Counted from the first letter of the stretch, positions 46,433 to 56,209 are shown. The stretch: 64,000 bases of DNA from an uncultured Clostridia bacterium (GCA_937925475.1 CALEWH010000021.1:1448-65447); one strand, 5' to 3'. Program-made: numbers and translations. Notes: generated by a model not told the origin, from the sequence alone.

Positions 46433-48361
46433 GTGGCAAGAAAACTTAAAAGTGTTGCTTCTCGTGGCTCAGTAAACAACATCATTCTAGCAAGCCTTAT
46501 GACAGGACAAAAGTACGGCTATGAAATTATAAAAGAAGTAGAAGAAAAAACAAATGGCAAAGTCAAATTAAAACAACCTTCTCTATATAGCAGTCTTAAA
46601 AGATTTGAAACAAAAAACATTATCACATCGTATTGGGGTGATAGCGAGATTGGTGGTCGAAGACACTACTATTTGCTTACAGACTATGGCAAGAAATATT
46701 GTGAAAAATTGTTAAATAAAAACAATGACGATATTGATAATTACGATATTGAAGATGATGACATAGAAGAAATAGAAGAAGTCGACGAGAAAGACACATT
46801 TGAAAAAGCAGATCAAACTAACAACGACTTAGATGAAACAAACGAATCATCACCAACCTTTGAAGAAGAATCTACATACACAATAGACGAAGATGGTGAT
46901 GACGATGTTGAACTCAATAAAAAGTATTCGACTTTTAGCGTTGAAGACAAAATGAAAGAACTTTTAGGTGAAGACAGCGAAGATGAATCCGAGCCAACAG
47001 AGGATGAATATTCCGAAATCAAACATGAAACCCACCCAAAAGAGAACGCACCTTGTGTAAATGATATGCCTAAAAGAGAAGTATCCGATTTCCAAGAAGA
47101 TGTAAGAAATTCGATAATTGAAAACAACCCTACCCTTACAGCAATGTCGGACAAGAAAGAAATGCTTAACCAACTATACGATGAAATCGACAAGGAAGAA
47201 CAAGACAATCCCGAAGAAGAATATGTAGAATCTCCTGTTGAAGAAATCATTCCTGACCATACTTTTTACAAACCTGTTCCGCTAAGCGAATACAAAAACG
47301 AAAAGTATGAAGAGAGTTATAACATATTATTCAATCACGAAACCCCTGTCGACCACAAACTTGAAGAAGAAAAACCAGCACCAGTCGAACAACCTGCGTC
47401 AGAAGTTGTAGCCACAAGAAAGAAAAAGATAATAACTGACGAGTACGGAATTACAAAACTTGTTTACGAAGACGAGCAAAATTGGAATGCTAAAAAATCA
47501 AATCAAGTAAATCAAGCAATACTTACAAATGTTAACAACATAAACATTGACCTTATAAAAATGGCCAACAACAATAACGAGAAGAAAAGTAAAAATATTT
47601 TGGACGAACTTAGCGATGAAGAGCGCGAACAAAGAAACAAAATATTTGTCCAAAAATTTGAGAACATCACAAACGAACGCAAGGCGCCCGCCCCAACACC
47701 TAGTCAAGACAATCAAGGTGCTTATCCAAGTGACGAGTACAAGGACAAGTTAAACAACTTGCTTGTCCAAACAGAAGAAGAAAAGATAGACGAAGTTCCA
47801 TATCTTGAAAAGGAACGCGAAAATGTAACAACACAAAATGTTGTTAAAAAACTAACAGACACAATAGACGACTCCACCATCAATGTAAAGGTTTACTCAA
47901 AATCGAAGCAATCTAAATCAGAAAACAAATATTTGCAAGTCAACAAAGTCAAGTTTGCATTTGGTCTAACAATGTTAATCTTGATGTTACTCGAACTTAC
48001 CGTTACGATGGTCATTATGAAAGGAAATGGCACACTCTACAAAGATAAAATGTGGGCATTCCAATGCGGTTATGCCATTGTCGGAATAGTTTGCATTATG
48101 TATTGTATCCCTGTGTTTATAAGCCCAAATAAACAAACTTCAAATGTCTTCAAACTTAATTATGCAATAGTTTTTGGTTTGCTTGCATTCTTTGTATCAT
48201 TGATTTTAATCTACACCATAAACACATTTATGGGTTTGAGTTTTGAAAACATCAAGTACTTTGCCCCTACAATAGTCGCTCCACTAGTACTTGCGTCAAA
48301 CTTTATCGTAGGCCCACTACTTTATAAGGTTCTTACTACAAACCACAGATTTTATCAATAA
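46433..48361 (+). CDS. membrane-tethered PadR-family transcriptional regulator (wHTH, acidic linker, 4 TM)
   Basis: GTG start behind GGAGGG. The N-terminal ~95 aa match the PadR pattern (ILASLMTGQKYGYEIIKEVEE...PSLYSSLKRFE...RRHYYLLTDYGKKY). A roughly 400-aa D/E/N/K-rich linker follows, then four hydrophobic helices from nt 47951. Confidence 0.8.
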   Translation: MARKLKSVASRGSVNNIILASLMTGQKYGYEIIKEVEEKTNGKVKLKQPSLYSSLKRFETKNIITSYWGDSEIGGRRHYYLLTDYGKKYCEKLLNKNNDDIDNYDIEDDDIEEIEEVDEKDTFEKADQTNNDLDETNESSPTFEEESTYTIDEDGDDDVELNKKYSTFSVEDKMKELLGEDSEDESEPTEDEYSEIKHETHPKENAPCVNDMPKREVSDFQEDVRNSIIENNPTLTAMSDKKEMLNQLYDEIDKEEQDNPEEEYVESPVEEIIPDHTFYKPVPLSEYKNEKYEESYNILFNHETPVDHKLEEEKPAPVEQPASEVVATRKKKIITDEYGITKLVYEDEQNWNAKKSNQVNQAILTNVNNINIDLIKMANNNNEKKSKNILDELSDEEREQRNKIFVQKFENITNERKAPAPTPSQDNQGAYPSDEYKDKLNNLLVQTEEEKIDEVPYLEKERENVTTQNVVKKLTDTIDDSTINVKVYSKSKQSKSENKYLQVNKVKFAFGLTMLILMLLELTVTMVIMKGNGTLYKDKMWAFQCGYAIVGIVCIMYCIPVFISPNKQTSNVFKLNYAIVFGLLAFFVSLILIYTINTFMGLSFENIKYFAPTIVAPLVLASNFIVGPLLYKVLTTNHRFYQ

Positions 48362-48363
48362 CA

Positions 48364-48392
48364 AAAAACACCATTTTATTGGTGTTTTTTCT
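48364..48392. terminator. terminator after the PadR-like gene (overlaps the end of the convergent TVP38 gene)
   Basis: aacacca-ttttat-tggtgtt followed by a T-run. Confidence 0.65.
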
Positions 48393-49254
48393 TTTTAGGT
48401 TTTATCTTAGTTAGTAACCAATTTTCGATTTGTGCTTGATATTTATAAGTGCAAACCACCACAACCGAAATAATCAGAGCAAGCACAATCCAAACCGGAA
48501 TCCCCCAACCTTTAAATGGAATAATAAATCCACCGCCAAAATAGCACATACAAATGACACTAATAGGTCGAGTTATGGTTGTAGAAACAAAGAAAAACTT
48601 GTAGTCTAGTCTTGTCAAACCAGCAATCAAACAAAGTATGTCATCTGGAAACATAGGAAGCAGAAAAGCCATAGGCAAAAACAACTTGCCCTTGTTGTTT
48701 AGAATATTGCTATATTTTACGACATTGCTCTCGCCCGAAATCCACGAAACAACTCTAAATCCAAAGAAGCGCCCAATCGCATACGAGATATTTGAGCCAA
48801 TTAGCACACCAGCCGAACAATAAAGTCCGCCAATAAAAGGTCCATAAATAAGACCGCCAGCGATAGCAATAACAGCAGCAGGCACCGGCAATATTACTAC
48901 TTGACACGCTTGAATAAGTATGTAAGTAATTATTCCCATATTTCCTGTTGACAATATAAACTGTCTAAAACTAGCGACCGAATAAAAAATTGACAACATT
49001 TGTTTGTGATAAAAGTACAAATACCCGCTTAAAAGCAAAGTGTAAAGCACAACAAGCACGAAAAAGAGTTTTGAAATTGCGACTTTATTTGCAAACAAAC
49101 TTATATACACGCCAATAGAAAGAATAATGCTGACCACAAACAATATAAAGCGAAGAGTCCTAGATATATCCCCACCCCACAAAAACAGCAAAACACAAAA
49201 TAAAATAGGACAGATTGTGGTGATAAGAATCAAAAAAAATCGTTTTTTACTCAT
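48376..49254 (-). CDS. TVP38/TMEM64 (DedA-related) family membrane protein
   Basis: Start ATG 49254 behind AGGGGGA. Multi-TM protein with VILPVPAAVIAIAGGLIYG...GSNISYAIGRFFG. Confidence 0.8.
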   Translation of the reverse strand: MSKKRFFLILITTICPILFCVLLFLWGGDISRTLRFILFVVSIILSIGVYISLFANKVAISKLFFVLVVLYTLLLSGYLYFYHKQMLSIFYSVASFRQFILSTGNMGIITYILIQACQVVILPVPAAVIAIAGGLIYGPFIGGLYCSAGVLIGSNISYAIGRFFGFRVVSWISGESNVVKYSNILNNKGKLFLPMAFLLPMFPDDILCLIAGLTRLDYKFFFVSTTITRPISVICMCYFGGGFIIPFKGWGIPVWIVLALIISVVVVCTYKYQAQIENWLLTKIKPKKKKHQ

Positions 49255-49299
49255 AAGTCCCCCTTGCATATTATATTAAAATAATAGTCGTTATATAAC

Positions 49300-49328
49300 T
49301 TTACATTTGGAGCAAATTATATTATAAT
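49300..49328 (+). promoter_or_regulatory. sigma-A promoter of the ABC transporter operon
   Basis: TTTACA (49300-49305), 17-nt spacer, TATAAT (49323-49328). Confidence 0.6.
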
Positions 49329-49360
49329 TTTAAAAACTATTGTGTAAAGGTGTTGTGTAT

Positions 49361-50341
49361 ATGGCAACAAATGTTCCAAAATTTCAACAAACAGCCCAAA
49401 ACAAGAAAAACTGCGTGCTAATGGTTAAAAATCTCACTAAGACTTTTAATGATCGTATAGCCGTAAATAATATCTCCTTCACTATCAATGAAGGGGAAAT
49501 TTTTGGTTTTCTTGGCCCAAACGGTGCAGGCAAATCCACAACAATGAAAATGATTTGTGGACTCATGAAACCTACTCGTGGCGCTGTTTATATTTGCGGA
49601 CACAACCTAAACACAGACAGAGAGAAAGCATTAGCAAATCTAGGCGGTCTTATCGAAACCCCGCTTATGTACACATATATGTCAGGTTATGACAACCTAA
49701 AGTATTATGCAAGTCTACATGGCGGAATAAGCAAAAACGACATTTTAGGATATGCAAGAATAGTTGGACTAGAAAACCGCTTAAAAGACAAAGTTTCGAC
49801 ATACTCACTTGGTATGCGTCAAAGACTTGGCATATGTCAAGCACTACTCCACAATCCAAAACTGTTGGTTCTTGACGAGCCTATAAGCGGGCTTGACCCA
49901 GCAGGTGTCAAGGAGATGCGTGACTTTTTGAAAATGCTTGCTCAAAGAAAGAAAATTGGTATTATGATTTCTAGCCATATGCTTGGCGAGATGGAACACC
50001 TTTGCGACACAATTTGTATCATCAATCAAGGTTCTATCCTAGAAGTCAAAACTCTAAACCAACTTAAAGCCGGACAAGAAAGTAGTAAAAAAATAAAAAT
50101 CGCTGTCGACTATCCAAACTTTGCTGGAAAGGTCATACTAAACGAACTTAGATTACCTGTTGACATTGCAGGAAACAGCATAATAGTTAAAGCCGACGAA
50201 TCAAGTATAAATAGGATTACCGAAAAACTAATCTCATATAAGATATCAATATTTAGCATTGAAATGGTTTATAAGCCACTTGAAGAAGTATTCTTGGACA
50301 TTATCAGTGCCAAAAACAAAGGGATCAATAGTATTTTCTAA
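49361..50341 (+). CDS. ABC transporter ATP-binding protein
   Basis: Walker A GPNGAGKST, signature YSLGMRQRLG, Walker B LLVLDEP, H-loop SSHML. Start at ATG 49361 behind AAAGGTG. Confidence 0.92.
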   Translation: MATNVPKFQQTAQNKKNCVLMVKNLTKTFNDRIAVNNISFTINEGEIFGFLGPNGAGKSTTMKMICGLMKPTRGAVYICGHNLNTDREKALANLGGLIETPLMYTYMSGYDNLKYYASLHGGISKNDILGYARIVGLENRLKDKVSTYSLGMRQRLGICQALLHNPKLLVLDEPISGLDPAGVKEMRDFLKMLAQRKKIGIMISSHMLGEMEHLCDTICIINQGSILEVKTLNQLKAGQESSKKIKIAVDYPNFAGKVILNELRLPVDIAGNSIIVKADESSINRITEKLISYKISIFSIEMVYKPLEEVFLDIISAKNKGINSIF

Positions 50342-50351
50342 GGAGTAAATT

Positions 50352-52475
50352 ATGCGCGGAGTATTTAGAATTACGCGAGCAGAATTTAATAAAATTTTTA
50401 AAAAGCCAGCAGTTTATATTATGGCTGTGGTTTTGGTTCTTGCGTGCCTTATATCACTTTTCACATTCAATCCTACAAATCGAAACGATGAAAGAGTCAC
50501 TCTTTCAAAAGAAAATGCGTCGACAAATTATAGCCTATTTATGGGCACTTCGGGCAGTGAAAACAAAACTTCATATGACAAAAACGTAATAGAAGCCCAA
50601 AAAATCATTGATAGATACACACAAAATACAGAGTTTTATTCGCATTGTAGCTCATTGAATAACAAACTAAACGAATTGTACAAATTAATAGATTCTGGCA
50701 AAGCTACGCAAGAAGACATAACAGAGTATAAGAAAACAGTACTTGAAATAATTGAGTTTTTCAATACAGACGATCCAGAAGTCATAAAAACATATCCAAA
50801 GTACTTGCAAGATATACTTAATGTACATCGTATTGACGCAGACTATGGCACAAATCAAATTGAAGAAACCACAACAAATTATATTTCAGAAGCACAAAAT
50901 AAAGCAAAAGAAATATACAACAAAATAAAAAACATCAAAGATGTGGAAAATCTCAACAACACAATTAAGTCCAACAGTTATATGGACAAATTGAATACTG
51001 TAATAGAAATATATCAAAGGCGTATCTCTTATCCCCTTACCCAACTTGTAAATGATATAGAAAAGATTGATACAATATTTAAAAATTATTACTCAAAACA
51101 AGCAGGTACAACTACTCCATCTTCTAGCAAAGATAAGGGCAAGAAGATACTTAATATGCTTAAAAGTAAAATTAGCGAATACAAAACCATCACTGATGAA
51201 ATTGTTACAAAAGAAACAAATGTAGCACTTACAACAATCGAAGACAAAGAAAAGTTGGATTCGATAATAAAAAGAGTGAATGAGATAATAGGTGTTCAAA
51301 TATTAGAAAGCGACACTAATGCAAAGTTTGTTGATATCGCGACAAAACTAACAAATGACAATTATATCAAACAACTTAGCGCATACAACCAACTTCTAAC
51401 ATATGTTGATTATAAAGACCAAGCGTTTACTAAAAAACTAAACGAAATCAACACTCAAATGCAAACTAATCAAACAGAGTTGCTTGAAAAAATAGCAAGT
51501 TTACAAAGCGATGTTTCGATTACTCGCATATGTGAGAGTATCACATCTTACAAACTTATGACTATCACCTTCAACAACTTGGTTAATGATGTCGTAACAA
51601 CTCACACAGTTAAAAATATTTCTGAGTCAAAAACAAGAAAATTGTTTGGTTATGAACTTGAAAGTTTTAATGCATACAATTTAGAAAACAATATCACCTA
51701 CAACACTTATTATTTGAAAAACAACACATTCTCTAATAGTTTTCTAAATACATTCGAATATGACAAAAATATAGACTACGAAACAAGCGCTTATGATTAC
51801 ATTTACTCTGCATTAAAAATATGTTCACTTCTTATTATCGTATTTACAATGATGATGGCTGCATATTTGATTAGTAGTGAATATGATAGTGGCACAATCA
51901 AACTATTGTTAATGCGACCTTATAGACGCGGAAAAATACTATCTGCTAAAATGCTTGCTACTCTATTCTTTTCACTAACTTTCTTGCTTCTATCAATAGT
52001 TATTGCAGGCGTAGGCGGTTTTGTATCATTTGGACTTCCTGCAGTTAATAAAGTCCTTGTATCATTCAACTCGTCAAGCATATTTGTGACTTCACCTGTC
52101 GTTTTGTTGCTTATCTATATCGGAACTGTTGTACTTGACATTATATTCTTCTTGATACTTGCATTCTTTATTGCGATAGTGTTCAAGTCATTTGCAGCCA
52201 CTTTGTCTGCATCGTTTATATCAGTTTTGCTTACAATCGTACTAAATATCGCATTGCCAACAACAATAGCATACAAATTTATTCCATTCACAAATATAAG
52301 TTTGTTTAGATTTTTTGGTACAAATCAAACAAATACGGCAAATCTAATATCAACAATACTCGCGACACCAATAAATTCACAAATGACAATATGGCTTAGT
52401 CTTATTGTTACTATACTATTTTCAGGAGTGCTTTACACTATTACTTCACTTGTATTTAAAAATCGCGACTATTAA
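50352..52475 (+). CDS. ABC-2-type permease with a ~450-aa extracytoplasmic helical domain (YhgE/Pip-like topology)
   Basis: One N-terminal TM segment (AVYIMAVVLVLACLISLF), a long K/E/N-rich predicted coiled region, then five C-terminal TM segments. Coupled to the ATPase gene by a 10-nt gap and SD AAGGAG. Confidence 0.75.
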   Translation: MRGVFRITRAEFNKIFKKPAVYIMAVVLVLACLISLFTFNPTNRNDERVTLSKENASTNYSLFMGTSGSENKTSYDKNVIEAQKIIDRYTQNTEFYSHCSSLNNKLNELYKLIDSGKATQEDITEYKKTVLEIIEFFNTDDPEVIKTYPKYLQDILNVHRIDADYGTNQIEETTTNYISEAQNKAKEIYNKIKNIKDVENLNNTIKSNSYMDKLNTVIEIYQRRISYPLTQLVNDIEKIDTIFKNYYSKQAGTTTPSSSKDKGKKILNMLKSKISEYKTITDEIVTKETNVALTTIEDKEKLDSIIKRVNEIIGVQILESDTNAKFVDIATKLTNDNYIKQLSAYNQLLTYVDYKDQAFTKKLNEINTQMQTNQTELLEKIASLQSDVSITRICESITSYKLMTITFNNLVNDVVTTHTVKNISESKTRKLFGYELESFNAYNLENNITYNTYYLKNNTFSNSFLNTFEYDKNIDYETSAYDYIYSALKICSLLIIVFTMMMAAYLISSEYDSGTIKLLLMRPYRRGKILSAKMLATLFFSLTFLLLSIVIAGVGGFVSFGLPAVNKVLVSFNSSSIFVTSPVVLLLIYIGTVVLDIIFFLILAFFIAIVFKSFAATLSASFISVLLTIVLNIALPTTIAYKFIPFTNISLFRFFGTNQTNTANLISTILATPINSQMTIWLSLIVTILFSGVLYTITSLVFKNRDY

Positions 52476-52488
52476 AATATTGAAAAGA

Positions 52489-52516
52489 AAAAGACCACAT
52501 CTAGTGGTCTTTTTTA
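52489..52516 (+). terminator. terminator after the ABC permease
   Basis: agaccac-atcta-gtggtct followed by a T-run. Confidence 0.8.
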
Positions 52517-52552
52517 TTTAAACTACAATATTTACACAATATATTGTAAAAT

Positions 52553-53002
52553 TTAATCAACTTTATTTTGCAGTTTTGTTATCTCGCCCCTTGCAAGGAC
52601 ATCACACCTATTGTTTAACTCATTGTCTGCATGTCCTTTAACTTTAACCCAATGAATAGTATGTGGTTGCATCACTTCAAGCAATGTTTTCCATAGGTCG
52701 ACATTTTGAACTTCTTTCTTGCCAGCAGTGCGCCAGTTGTTTGCAATCCAATTTTGAATCCAACCTTGCTCAAAAGCGTTTAGCGTATAAGCGCTATCAG
52801 TGTATATTGTCACATCGCAAGGTTCTTTCAATTTTTTAAGGCCTTTAATAACAGCGGTTATTTCCATACGATTGTTTGTCGTGTCGGGCACACAACCAGC
52901 CCACTCTTTCTTGATTCCTTGATAAATCAGAATACAAGCATATCCGCCTGGGCCAGGGTTTCCAATACAACTACCATCTGTATACAAATCTACTTTCTTC
53001 AC
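52553..53002 (-). CDS. rnhA: ribonuclease HI
   Basis: GTG start at 53002, 8 nt after AGGAG. TDGSCIGNPGPGGYA, NNRMEI, TDSAY, KGHADNELNNRCDVLA match the RNase HI catalytic DEDD layout. Confidence 0.9.
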   Translation of the reverse strand: MKKVDLYTDGSCIGNPGPGGYACILIYQGIKKEWAGCVPDTTNNRMEITAVIKGLKKLKEPCDVTIYTDSAYTLNAFEQGWIQNWIANNWRTAGKKEVQNVDLWKTLLEVMQPHTIHWVKVKGHADNELNNRCDVLARGEITKLQNKVD

Positions 53003-53071
53003 GAGTCCTTCTCCTAACAAATGTAGTATATCAAATATGGCGATTTTTAAAAAGCAATTAAAACAATTTTA

Positions 53072-53100
53072 TTGACTAAAAAAAATAAATATTGTATAAT
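53072..53100 (+). promoter_or_regulatory. sigma-A promoter of tRNA-Trp
   Basis: TTGACT (53072-53077), 17-nt spacer, TATAAT (53095-53100). The tRNA starts 17 nt downstream. Confidence 0.65.
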
Positions 53101-53116
53101 ATTTTTGTTTTCATAT

Positions 53117-53190
53117 AGGGGCGTAGTTCATCGGTAGAATAAGAGTCTCCAAAACTCCTGAGGAGGGTTCGATTCCTTCCGCCCCTGCCA
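53117..53190 (+). tRNA. trnW: tRNA-Trp (anticodon CCA), CCA end encoded
   Basis: Hand-folded cloverleaf. Acceptor aggggcg/cgcccct, D arm gttc-atcggta-gaat, anticodon loop ctCCAaa, T arm gaggg-ttcgatt-ccttc, discriminator g then cca. One A:C mismatch at the base of the anticodon stem. Confidence 0.85.
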
Positions 53191-53225
53191 ATATAAAATT
53201 AACACGATTATGTGATAAACAAAAT

Positions 53226-53256
53226 AAAAAAGTCTTTTTTCAAAGACTTTTTTATT
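53226..53256. terminator. bidirectional terminator (tRNA-Trp and rny)
   Basis: aaaaagtcttt-tttc-aaagacttttt, with T-runs on both strands. Confidence 0.8.
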
Positions 53257-53292
53257 TTTTATACAACTTAGTATATTATGCTCGTATAAATA

Positions 53293-54885
53293 TTATTTTG
53301 CATAATCAACGCTACGAGTTTCTCTAATAACATTGACTTTAATTTGTCCAGGATATTCCATTTCTTTTTCGATCTTACTAGCAATATCTTTTGCAAGGAA
53401 CAATGCTTGTTCGTCGCTAATTTCTTCTGGTTTTACAATGATACGGATTTCTCTACCCGCTTGGATAGCAAAACTCTTTTCAACACCTTTAAAGTCATTT
53501 GCAATAGATTCAAGTTGTTGCAATCTCTTGATATAGTTTTCAAGTGATTCTCTGCGAGCACCTGGTCTACTACTACTTATAGCGTCAGCAGTTTGAACCA
53601 AAATGGCTTCAAGACTTTCAAACTCAACTCCACCATGGTGAGCAGCAATACAATGTATTACTTCTTTACTTTCTTTATACTTTGTTGCTAGATCAACACC
53701 GATTGTTACGTGTGTTCCTTCTACTTCGTGGTCTACGGCTTTACCAATGTCGTGCAACAATCCACCGCGTTTTGCTATTGTAGCGTTTGCTCCAACTTCT
53801 TCGGCAAGAAGACCTGCCAAGTATGCAACTTCAATAGAGTGTTTTAACACATTTTGACCATAACTTGTACGATATTTTAGTCTTCCAAGTATCTTAATAA
53901 GTTCAGGGTGCATACCGTGGATACCTGTATCAAATACAGCACTCTCGCCCGCTTCTTTTATAGTAAGTTCCATCTCTTTACTTACTTTATCAACCATCTC
54001 TTCAATTCTAGATGGTTGGATACGACCGTCAAGCATAAGTTTTTCAAGACTAATTCGTGCAATCTCTCTACGCACCGGGTCAAAACAACTAAGCACAACC
54101 GCTTCTGGAGTATCGTCAATTATAAGGTCAACACCTGTTGCATTTTCAAGTGCTCTTATATTTCGACCTTCACGACCAATTATACGACCTTTCATTTCAT
54201 CGCTTGGAAGTGGAACTGTGGATACTGTGACTTCGCTAGTGTGCTCAACAGCGGTTTTTTGGATAGCAAGTGTAACTATCTCTTTCGCCTTTTTCTCAGC
54301 ATCTTCACGCGCGTTTTGCTCGATATTTCTGACCAAAATTGCAGCGTCTTTTTTTGCGTCTTCTTCGTATCTCGAAACGAGTTCGGCTTTGGCTTCTTCT
54401 TTTGTCATCTTAGAGATTTTTTCAAGCTCTGTAATCATATTTTTTGTTATGTTGTTTTGCTCTTCAATCTTTTTATTAATGACATCTTCTTTATTTTTCA
54501 ATTCAAGTCTTGCATTGTCTAAGGATTCGCTCTTTCTATCAAGCATTTCCTCTTTTTTGTTAATGAAGTCCTCTCTTTGATTGATGCGATTTTCACTTCT
54601 TTGCAATTCTGCTCTTCTTTCTTTAATCTCTGCATCACAATCAGTTTTAAGTTTTAGTACTTCATCTTTTGCTTCTAGTATAGCCTCTTTCTTTAAGTTT
54701 TTTGCTTCATTTTTAGCTTCCAACAACATCTCATCAATGGATGTTTTGCTGTCAGAAAGTTTCTTTTTGTTTAGTGTGTTTACTACAAAAACACATACAG
54801 GCACCACAACAACTATTGATGCTAGTGCAACAATCACACTTAAAAGAACGGAGGACAAACCTAGAATGGAATACATTCCAATCAT
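53293..54885 (-). CDS. rny: ribonuclease Y
   Basis: Start ATG 54885 behind AGGGAGAG. N-terminal TM segment, K/E coiled coil, KH ([15 protein letters not shown]), HD ([10 protein letters not shown]). Confidence 0.95.
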   Translation of the reverse strand: MIGMYSILGLSSVLLSVIVALASIVVVVPVCVFVVNTLNKKKLSDSKTSIDEMLLEAKNEAKNLKKEAILEAKDEVLKLKTDCDAEIKERRAELQRSENRINQREDFINKKEEMLDRKSESLDNARLELKNKEDVINKKIEEQNNITKNMITELEKISKMTKEEAKAELVSRYEEDAKKDAAILVRNIEQNAREDAEKKAKEIVTLAIQKTAVEHTSEVTVSTVPLPSDEMKGRIIGREGRNIRALENATGVDLIIDDTPEAVVLSCFDPVRREIARISLEKLMLDGRIQPSRIEEMVDKVSKEMELTIKEAGESAVFDTGIHGMHPELIKILGRLKYRTSYGQNVLKHSIEVAYLAGLLAEEVGANATIAKRGGLLHDIGKAVDHEVEGTHVTIGVDLATKYKESKEVIHCIAAHHGGVEFESLEAILVQTADAISSSRPGARRESLENYIKRLQQLESIANDFKGVEKSFAIQAGREIRIIVKPEEISDEQALFLAKDIASKIEKEMEYPGQIKVNVIRETRSVDYAK

Positions 54886-54954
54886 ATCTTCTCTCCCTTT
54901 TAAATTATCTATATAATAAAACATTTATGTTTTTTGATTCTATTATACAATCTT

Positions 54955-54983
54955 ATATTATCCTATCTACACATATTTGTCAA
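54955..54983 (-). promoter_or_regulatory. sigma-A promoter of rny
   Basis: Minus strand: TTGACA (54983-54978), 17-nt spacer, TAATAT (54960-54955). Confidence 0.6.
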
Positions 54984-55024
54984 ATAAAAAGCAAAACAAC
55001 ATTTACATATATTGTTGTTTTGCC
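54982..55024 (-). terminator. terminator after thiI
   Basis: Perfect 11-bp stem gcaaaacaaca/tgttgttttgc, with a U-run on the minus strand. Confidence 0.8.
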
Positions 55025-55051
55025 ATAATTTTACAAATATTTAGTTTTTTA

Positions 55052-56209
55052 TTAATTTCCGATATCAACAATTTCGATACTGCTCATTGCTTCTTCAATA
55101 AGTTTTTCAATATCAAGTTTTGACTCTTCAAACTCAGCGGTTTGTTTTTTAGGTTTAATAACTGGATGGTCAGGCAAAAAGACTGTACAACAATCTTCAT
55201 AAGGCAATATCGAAGTATTAAAAGTGTTAATTTTGTTTGCTATCTCAATAATGTCGTCTTTGTCCATAGCAATCAGTGGACGCATAACTGGCATTGTCCT
55301 TACTACATCATTAGTCACAGTTATGCTCTCTATGGTTTGACTTGCTACTTGACCCAAACTCTCGCCTGTGATTATTGTTTGAAGTTTGTATTTTTGACAC
55401 AACCTTTCAGCAATACGCATCATTATTCGACGCATAATAGTTATCATAAAATCATCACGACAACATCTATGTATCTCTTCTTGTATATGCGTAAAACTAC
55501 AAATATAAAGCCTTATATGACCAGTATATTCAGTCATAATGTTGGCAAGCTCAATCACCTTATCACGCGCTTGTTGGCTTGTGTAAGGATAACTATGAAA
55601 ATGCAAAGCAGAAAGAGTAAGTCCCCTTCTCGCCATAACAAATCCCGCAACAGGACTATCAATCCCACCAGACAACATCAAAAGACCTTTTCCACCTGTT
55701 CCAAGCGGAAGTCCCATTGCTCCTTTAATCGACTCTGAAAAAACAAATGTTTTTTTGTTTTCTCTTATGTCTACACAAACAACATGTTGTGGATTATGTA
55801 AATCTACACTTAGGTCTTCGTTATGAGCCAAAATAATGCCACCAAGCCTTGCAGACAACTCTTGCGAGTTTAACGGAAAAGTTTTGTCAGCTCTATTTAC
55901 TTTTACTTTAAAAGTTCCAGTTAAAACAATATTTGACACCAATTTTTCAATACTTTCCAAATCAGAATCCACCATATCTGACGGACTGATTGAGTGTATA
56001 CCAAAAACCTTAGTAAGTTTGTCTATAAGTTGGTCTTCAATTTGCTCGTCATAACCATCAATTATGTATCTTCCAGATGTTTTTGTAAAGTTGTAGTCAA
56101 ATCCATTTAAGTGTTTGGTTATATTTTGCGTTAAAACTTTTTCAAAATAATTCTTATTGTTGCCTTTTAAAAACAATTCGCCATATCTAATTAATATCGC
56201 TCTACTCAT
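55052..56209 (-). CDS. thiI: tRNA 4-thiouridine synthase ThiI
   Basis: Ferredoxin-like/THUMP N-terminus and PP-loop LSGGIDSPVAG. 385 aa. Confidence 0.93.
   Translation of the reverse strand: MSRAILIRYGELFLKGNNKNYFEKVLTQNITKHLNGFDYNFTKTSGRYIIDGYDEQIEDQLIDKLTKVFGIHSISPSDMVDSDLESIEKLVSNIVLTGTFKVKVNRADKTFPLNSQELSARLGGIILAHNEDLSVDLHNPQHVVCVDIRENKKTFVFSESIKGAMGLPLGTGGKGLLMLSGGIDSPVAGFVMARRGLTLSALHFHSYPYTSQQARDKVIELANIMTEYTGHIRLYICSFTHIQEEIHRCCRDDFMITIMRRIMMRIAERLCQKYKLQTIITGESLGQVASQTIESITVTNDVVRTMPVMRPLIAMDKDDIIEIANKINTFNTSILPYEDCCTVFLPDHPVIKPKKQTAEFEESKLDIEKLIEEAMSSIEIVDIGN

Noticed and set aside
52521-52552. A dif-like site or replication terminus at the convergent ABC-permease/rnhA gap. The evidence considered was the palindrome caatatattg within ...tttacacaatatattgtaaaat... 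and the overall plus-to-minus gene-strand switch across the window.
   Set aside because: The sequence does not fit the CATAA-N6-TTATG dif architecture, being 2 nt short relative to Bacillus dif. Both tRNA genes to the right remain on the plus strand. I cannot compute GC skew here, so a terminus claim is unsupported.
53908-54916. Three consecutive plus-strand ORFs (204, 120 and 111 aa) antisense to rny.
   Set aside because: They mirror the K/E-rich coiled-coil region of RNase Y, since the reverse complement of GAA/AAA-rich codons is stop-poor. They have no start signals and their products are Phe/Ser/Leu low-complexity.
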